A stretch of DNA of 51,972 nt, filler included, from Stramenopiles sp. TOSAG23-3 (Eukaryota): NCBI GenBank assembly GCA_900128585.1. It is 4 parts of 4 records of this genome, joined end to end, with 100 filler letters (N's around TTAATTAATTAA, not from the genome) between each part and the next. Parts side by side here need not be neighbours in the genome. Positions count along the whole stretch, not along the records: positions 23,989 to 47,750 come from LT642315.1; positions 47,851 to 49,861 come from LT645153.1; positions 49,962 to 51,972 come from LT645154.1; 1 more part is not named here. One strand, given 5' to 3'. Position numbers and translations under genes: made by a program. Every line of letters begins with the position of its first letter. Position 1 is the first letter of the stretch. Shown here in pieces: positions 45,372-51,972 of this stretch. A model generated the notes under the pieces. It saw only the letters and a list, made by a program, of their open reading frames with translations. It ran no database searches and was not told where the DNA came from.

Positions 45372-45675
45372 CCTATTTCTATAATTGACCTAATTCTCGA
45401 TAGAATGGGAGGAGCCGCTCGTGGGTGCAGCTAAGGCTTCGTATGGACACAGCATCATTCGCTATGCTGTGTCCATTCGCCTGATCACACCCACTTAGGC
45501 CATTGTTTTGATAGGTTAATGTACTAAATACACTACATTAGTTTAGCCTGAGTGTAGAGTTATCAGCCGGATCGACACAGCATGCTTCGCTATGCTGTGT
45601 CTATGTGAAGGCTTAGAATCTCTACCGAGCGGCTCCTCCCATTCTATCGAGAATTAGGTTAATAATAGAAATAGG
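45372..45675 (+). ncRNA. Candidate structured RNA: ~304-nt rod/cruciform fold-back
   Basis: 45372-45421 pairs with 45626-45675 (48 of 50 Watson-Crick plus one G-U). Pairing continues inward to ~45500/45546 with several G-U pairs, and each arm contains a near-identical internal hairpin. Confidence 0.55.
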
Positions 45676-46616
45676 GGGGTTTTCCCAGAGGAGGGCTCAA
45701 TTTTCGAATTAAATCCTTTTGATATGATTCCCGACACTTGATGTTCGATACTTGACTTCGCCTAGGCGTAGTGATGAAGTTTTCTGACAGTTTAACACCT
45801 TTTATTCGTTTTGTATTCTAATGTGTTTTGATAGGGATAATTATTACCTAGGCATATCATTGGGTTGGTTTCCAAAATAATTTTAAAATGCGACAAGAAT
45901 CACTTTGAAATTATAATAATAATGTTTTTAGAAATCACTTTCGGTTTTAAGAGATTATTGCACCGGAAAACTTCGACGGTTCTGATTGATGTTAAATTTA
46001 CCGGTATTTATCAGTCGAATAGAAAAGAATAAAAATACTGCTGTGTGTGTGCGTGCCGCGCCGTCCGCAATATTTTTAAAAAAGCGTTTCTCGTGTTTTT
46101 CGCCTTCTTCGACGCTTCTACAGTACACAGGCTTTGTATCGAATACTTGTAACGCTTCCACAGTTCCACAGGACGGAACGTTGGCCGTTCTTGGTGCAGG
46201 TAAAGAGGTAAGGAATAATTTTCTCCTCTTCGGTAAGTAGTTTTTCAGTCATTAATTAAATAGAAGACACACTACTAAGTACGCAATTTTTTTAAAAGAC
46301 AACGGACACAAGAGGAGAGAAGCGTTGAGTTGTGAGGTTGTTCTTCTACTATCCCCATGTATTGAAGAAGAACTGCGCGAAGAACAAGAAGATGACAACA
46401 CAACTATGGGATTTTTTTTCCGCCGAAGAACTCTACTTGCATATTCGTCAGTGTAGACTTTATTATGTTCACTTTTCACAAACAGCCGAGAGGAAAAAGA
46501 AGGTATTATTTGTTGCTTTAAATTAAATTCGGAAATACCATCAGAGACAATAAACTTGTCACAGTAACTTTTCTCAGGAAGTGTCTGCAACAACAACTAC
46601 ATATCCGACTGTCCAA

Positions 46617-47300
46617 ATGGCTTCTGCCAGATTTACCACAAGCTACAAGCAGACGTATACAAATCCGCACGGGGAAGATGAATCTTATCAAGAACATTAT
46701 TTACACAAGTGTCTCATTCGTGAAAGATTCCGTGCTATGAGGCAGGCATTTGAAAAACTTGGGAATGATGGATTCTGTACACGCGAAGAAGTAAATATAC
46801 TTCTATCCATGTATAACCTTGAAAGTGCGAAGTCAAGGGAAATTTCAGCTGGCATGACAAAGAAATTCAAATACACGGACTTCGTTCGCTTGCTCAGACA
46901 GGCCAAGTTTAAGTACCTTGAATCTATACCTCACTCAATTGAAAAAACCCTTCCCAGCACTGTAATACAAGCGTCCAGAAATCAAGAAGATCTGATTGAA
47001 GTAGACGGAGACAAAAAATCTAGGTTTTATAACCTAAATCGTGCCCTCCTTGCTCAAGATATAGAAAAATCAGGACTACTGAGAAAAGATTTGTTGCTTT
47101 TCATGTTAAAATTGTTTGGGCTGGATTCGGGCCCCATACGTTACGCTTTCAGTAGATGCGATCATAATGGAAATAAATTGATTGCGTACGTAGAGTTTCT
47201 AAACCAATTTAAAAACGGTGCAACAGATGGAGACAATTTAGGCAAAACAGTCGGACCTTGCCCAAGAAGTCCACATAGAAAGAAGAAAACAAATTTTTAA
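46617..47300 (+). CDS. EF-hand-like protein, possibly axonemal
   Basis: AFEKLGNDGFCTREE and RCDHNGNKLIAYVEF are EF-hand-like. The N-terminal FTTSYKQTY resembles microtubule-inner-protein motifs. First ATG at 46617; an upstream exon through a possible 46503-46577 intron cannot be excluded. Confidence 0.7.
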   Translation: MASARFTTSYKQTYTNPHGEDESYQEHYLHKCLIRERFRAMRQAFEKLGNDGFCTREEVNILLSMYNLESAKSREISAGMTKKFKYTDFVRLLRQAKFKYLESIPHSIEKTLPSTVIQASRNQEDLIEVDGDKKSRFYNLNRALLAQDIEKSGLLRKDLLLFMLKLFGLDSGPIRYAFSRCDHNGNKLIAYVEFLNQFKNGATDGDNLGKTVGPCPRSPHRKKKTNF

Positions 47301-47750
47301 TACGTTTTTTTTAACAAAATATATGCGTAGAGACAACACAAGTACGAATTACCAATTATTTTTTTAAGTAAAAACTGGCTGTTATTTAAGTAATTAAAAT
47401 TCATCTTCCTCATGTACTACGAAAATGAATCTGCTCCAAAAATTATCTAAAAGCTTTATAAGTAAATGTAAAATGTTCTGTAACAAGGAGGAGTTTGGGT
47501 TCTTGAACGGTTTTACCTTCTTTTTTCTTTTCTTTTTTGACTTAAAACATACTACATATAATTTAAAAAAAACATACTACATATAATTTGTTTTAAGTAA
47601 ATGTAAAAAAAAACAGAATATTGGCGGTTCTTAATTAAAAAAACTAGCAGTGATATCCTCGGATGATGTCAACAGAGAATCAGAGCGTTGCCAGCAGGAC
47701 GAGGTTCCAACGGGCACGCCAACGAACCCCGGCTATTGCACCGCCGATCG

Positions 47751-47850
47751 NNNNNNNNNNNNNNNNNNNNNNNNNNNNNNNNNNNNNNNNNNNNTTAATT
47801 AATTAANNNNNNNNNNNNNNNNNNNNNNNNNNNNNNNNNNNNNNNNNNNN
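47751..47850. other. Artificial contig linker
   Basis: 44 N + TTAATTAATTAA + 44 N. Confidence 0.95.
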
Positions 47851-47946
47851 GAAGAAGAAAAGAAGAAAAGAAGAAAAGAAGAAAAGGAAGAAGAAGAAAA
47901 GGAAGAAAACTAATAAGAAGAAAACTAAGAAGAAAAGGAAGAAGAT
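47851..47946. repeat. Purine-rich (GAA/GAAAA) low-complexity repeat
   Basis: Runs of GAAGAAAA units at the contig start. Confidence 0.85.
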
Positions 47947-48263
47947 GATAATAGAGAGTAAATAGTATAGAAACAAATAATTTTTAGATATTATTATTAC
48001 TGACTAAATATAAAAAAAAAAAAAAGAAGAAGAATAATTGAATGTTGAATAATAATATGTATTTTTTCTTGTTGTGAATAAAAATATGAAACAAAACAAT
48101 TTATTAGTAGAGGAAAAAGAAGAATAGATCATTTATATGTATTGTGTATTATATAGAGGCTAGTAAATAAGAAGAAGAAAGAAAAACACCACAACACCAC
48201 ATAACGTACACACATACACACAGTGATATTGAAACATACAATTCCATTATATACATACATACG

Positions 48264-49617
48264 ATGAAGGTTGCCGTGAAAACGTTGACCGGTGCAAAGT
48301 TTGAAATTGAGGCAGAGCCCACCACTACCATTGGGGAGTGCAAGGAGCTTGTCTTCAAGACCAAGGGGTTCCCGGCCGAAGGAATGAAGCTCATCTGCGA
48401 CGGAAAAGTGCTAAAGGACGACGTTACTCTGCAAGGCGCGGGGGTCAAGGAAGGATCCTTCCTTGTATGCTTTGTATCAAAAAAGGCCAAGAAGAAGAAG
48501 CCGGCCGCCGCCGCCGCCCCGGCGGCCCCAGCCGCGCCCGTGCCAACACCGGAAGGGTCCGCCCCCGCGACGTCCACGCCCGCACCCGCCACCACACCTG
48601 CACCCGCGCCAGCCTCGACGACCACCCCGGCCCCGGCGACCACGCCCGCCCCCGCTGCCGCCCCGGCGGATGCCCCCGGCGCCCCGGCCCCGGCGGATGC
48701 CCCCGGCGCCCCGACCCCGGCGGCCGCCCCTGCTACCCCCGCCGTCGACGCCGCGTCCCTAGCCCAGATAATCGAAATATCCGGGACCGACGAGGCCACG
48801 GCCACCGCTGCCCTGCGCGCAGCGTTCGGCGACGTGAACCGGGCGATACAGTACGTCTTTGACCCGTCATCGATGCCCTCCCTCCCCCCCCGCAGCGTCC
48901 CCGTCCGCGTCCCCGCAGACAGCCGCAGCCCCGGCCGCCGGCGGGAACGCCGCAGCCCTGGAGCAGCTGAGAAACGACCCGCGGTTCGACCAGCTGCGCC
49001 AAATGGTGCAGCAGAATCCGTCCTCGTTGCCCGCGGTGCTTCGAGGCATCGAGCAGAGTAACCCAGAGCTGTTTGCCATCATCAACCAGAACACGGAGGC
49101 CTTTGTCCAAATGCTCAACGAGCCAGTGGCGAACCGTGCGCCCGCCCAGCAACCCGCGGCAGGGGCGCAGCAGCAAGGGGGAGCCGCGGGGCTGGGCGGT
49201 CTGGCCGCCGGGCTCGGGGGTGCGGGGGGGATGCCAAACCCCCAGGCCCTCATGCAAATGATAAACTCAATGCCCCCGGAGGCGCGCGCGCAGATGGCGC
49301 AACAGATAGGAATGTCCCCAGAACAGCTGCAGCAACTTTCCCAAATGATGGCAACGTTGCCCCCGGAGCAGATGCAGGCGATCATGAGCCGTATGGGCGG
49401 GATGCCGGGGTCTGCCATGGGGGGCGGCGGCGGCGCAGGCGGCGCCCCCCCTCCGGGGACCATCCAGGTCAACCTGACGCCGGACGACCAAGCGGCGGTT
49501 GCACGTCTTGAGGCGATGGGGTTGGGTTCTAGGGCAGAGATCGTTCAAGTCTACCTTGCATGCGACCGAAACGAGAATCAGGCGGCAAATATTTTGATGG
49601 ACCAGGCGTTTCAATGA
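48264..49617 (+). CDS. RAD23: UV excision repair / ubiquitin receptor RAD23 (UBL-UBA-XPC binding-UBA), frameshifted at a C8 run (48884-48891)
   Basis: UBL (MKVAVKTL...KLICDGKVLKDD), ALRAAFGDVNRAIQY (UBA1), LRNDPRFDQLRQMVQQNP...NPELFAIINQNTEAFVQMLNEP (XPC-binding), AVARLEAMG...QVYLACDRNENQAANIL (UBA2). Confidence 0.93.
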
Positions 49618-49684
49618 GGAGTGTGAGGGAGGGAGGGAAGAGGCAAACGTTTGTGAGGTCGAAAATGTGTGTCATAATAATAAG

Positions 49685-49840
49685 ATCATGCATGGAGTAC
49701 GCATGAGAAGGATAGTCCAGACTAAGTGACAAGCAAGGTTTAGTGATTACTAAAATCTCAGGAGCAGGGATAAGTTCACATTATATGACGACGATAAATT
49801 TTTAACTACACTTAATAATACAGCCAATTTTTTGTTTCTA
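49685..49840 (+). repeat. Copy of the dispersed repeat family, opposite orientation
   Basis: GATCATGCATGGAGTAC...GATAGTCCAGACTAAGTGACAAG...CAGGAGCAG...ACAGCCAATTTTTTG is the reverse complement of the family core. Confidence 0.85.
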
Positions 49841-49861
49841 AATATTAAAGTCTTAAAGCAT

Positions 49862-49961
49862 NNNNNNNNNNNNNNNNNNNNNNNNNNNNNNNNNNNNNNN
49901 NNNNNTTAATTAATTAANNNNNNNNNNNNNNNNNNNNNNNNNNNNNNNNNNNNNNNNNNNN
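49862..49961. other. Artificial contig linker
   Basis: 44 N + TTAATTAATTAA + 44 N. Confidence 0.95.
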
Positions 49962-51972
49962 GGAAGTGCTTTAGAAAAGGCGTTTGGGCACGAGGAGAAG
50001 GGAGCCACGAAGCTGGTGATTAAACTCCACGCCGATGCCGGACCGTTTCGTCTTCGGAACACCTTGCAGCTCGTTAACCCTCTCCCGGTTCTGAGTCATG
50101 TGCAGAACGTAAAGTACAACAATGGAGAGCTTACCATAGACTTTCCTGGGCCCCATCGGCTGAGCAGCGGGGCCTTGGCCTCGATATTTGAGCTGGATGA
50201 CCAACCCCAACTGGACGGAGTGTATCAGCCCGTCAAAGTCGAGTCGGAGCACCAAATAATAATATCCTACACCGATCCCGTGCACACGGCGCCGTTGAAT
50301 GACAATTTCAAGTGGGATCCAATAAAAAGGAGGCTATGCTTCGAGGGGGCAGCATACTCTGATGTCAATGGCAACAATGCGGGCGCAGCGTTGCCGACCA
50401 CAGACCTCCCCCTAGTTAGCACAGGCACCAAATTTGTCCAGTTCGACAACAAAGGGGTGGAAGTAGGCTCCGGCACAATCAGTCAAGACTCGACGCAAGA
50501 AAACTGCTACGTAATAGCGCCTACCGCAACGAGCGATGGCAACAACACTGCGGGAGTAGTAGCCTTGAAACGTCGCATTGTGGGGGCCGTTTGCCCCAAT
50601 TTTGCAGCGTCTTGTTCCGTTGTGTGCCACAACGGTGACGAAGACCACGAAAACTTCAAGGACAACCCCAGTATCTCTTTTTCTAAATCTGACTTTACAT
50701 CTGAACTAGACGTGGTGCCGGAAGTAGCAATGGCGGGGGACGAACTTTTTGCCCGGGTTCCGCAACACGGTTGCTCAAACAGTGGCGCAAAAATTTATGC
50801 AACCACAACCGCAGCTGCGACCACATCTGCGACCATGCCGGGGCCCACGGGCGGCGGCGGCGGCAAAGCACAGGCTATCTGTGACCCCCAGTGGAATAAA
50901 GTGTGCACCATGGAAGAACTCAATTATATCGTAGTCGGGCCTTTCTTACAAGGTGGGCAAACCAAATACATGAAGTTGGCTGGGGCCGTCCACGCACCGT
51001 ACAAAGCGGCAAGAATTGTTGAGAAGAAAGAGGGGGCGGTTGGGAAGTACGATACAGTGACCATCCAAGGCATTGACGACGCTAATGGCACAAAACCAGT
51101 CATCACCACAGCGCTCAGCAATGTCCCAGTCTCGTTCCAACTTCCATTACAGAGCACGTATGGAAGCCCCGAAGGTGTCGTCGAGAACGATGTCAACACC
51201 AACTACATGGGTAGCTACAGATTGCGACTGCTCAAGATATACAATTCGAAAGCCGACGTACTCGTTCGAAACGTAAGCTTTAAGAATGGGGGAATATGCG
51301 ACGATGTACGATTCAATACGCACTTTGCCGAATTGGCTGAAAACGATGGAACAAGCAGTGTGGCTCAGGCTTCTACCATCGGCGTCATGCTGTCGGAGGC
51401 GTCGACGGTTGGGCGGACAGTTGAAAAAGACGCGTCGAAATTTTGCCCTCTGGGACGCCCGTTCGTCGAAAAAGACATTTCGGGACTAGGAAAAAGGAAT
51501 GGCGGCGCCATATATTTTTCAGGGAAAAAGTTTAGATGCACGAATTGTGCGTTTGAAAACAATCGAGTGACTGGTAATGGGGGGGCTGTGTTCGTCGAGC
51601 CCTCCCAGCCTGGGCGGCCCATTGCCGACCCCGACATGGACACGTTTGCGAGCGAGGATGAGTACCCAAATCGAATAGAGCACGAAAAGTCTAACCCGCT
51701 CCCCTCGACGTTCGTGTGTACGAATTGCGCTTTCCGAAGCAACAACGCGATTGGCATCGCCCGGGGAGCAGGGGCGTCGTTCGGTACATTTGTAGGTGGG
51801 TTCGGCGGGGCCATAGGCGCAGGGCTTGGTATTCGGTACAAGAGGGATTTGAACGTCCAAAACCCGTTGGCAAAATTGGTAGACATACGTCGTGCGTACG
51901 GTTCTCACGGGAAATTGTTTATTACTCTGAAGAATTGCGAGTTCAACGACAACCTTGCGTGGAATTCAGGGG
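49962..51972 (+). CDS. Partial large extracellular beta-helix protein with GGA(I/V)/FxxN (polymorphic-membrane-protein-like) repeats; open at both ends
   Basis: Hand translation from 49962 (GSALEKAFGHEE...) has no stop to the window end (~670 codons), so it is absent from the ORF track. It contains NGGAIYF...CTNCAFENNRVTGNGGAVFV, CTNCAFRSNNA...GGAIG and NCEFNDN. Confidence 0.82.

Noticed and set aside
45721-45790. Possible box C/D snoRNA (GTGATGA ... CTGA)
   Set aside because: The boxes are only 7 nt apart, there is no convincing 5' C box or terminal stem, and I recognise no rRNA-complementary guide.

Overview
Eukaryotic nuclear DNA from a compact, nearly intron-free protist genome. It is probably a flagellated stramenopile-type single-cell or metagenome assembly, which I infer from DPCD, CFAP58 and CCDC17-like genes, a nuclear TilS and secreted Cys-rich proteins. 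The window is not one molecule. Three artificial 100-nt linkers (44 N + TTAATTAATTAA + 44 N) split it into four contigs: 1-23888, 23989-47750, 47851-49861 and 49962-51972. About 17 genes lie between very AT-rich spacers. They include a myristoylated CAMKK-like kinase/IQ/CX5R-phosphatase fusion, 3-exon DPCD, a DnaJ-FN3-WW protein, DCTN6, an EF-hand coiled-coil protein, a Cys-rich/FG-GAP secreted protein, TilS, a degenerate TPS/TPP, CFAP58, CCDC17-like, RAD23 and a GGA(I/V)/FxxN beta-helix protein. The most unusual non-coding signals are: (1) a ~304-nt rod/cruciform fold-back at 45372-45675 whose substitutions are mostly G-U wobbles on the + strand, i.e. a candidate unnamed structured RNA; (2) chains of TA-xxx-TA motifs in the spacers that look like accumulated DNA-transposon excision footprints, with one case visible directly inside a TIR; (3) a dispersed, TIR-less, tandem-forming repeat family carrying a decayed ORF and often found just behind stop codons; (4) two MITE-like inverted-repeat elements. 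All family assignments come from motif recognition by eye; no searches were run.
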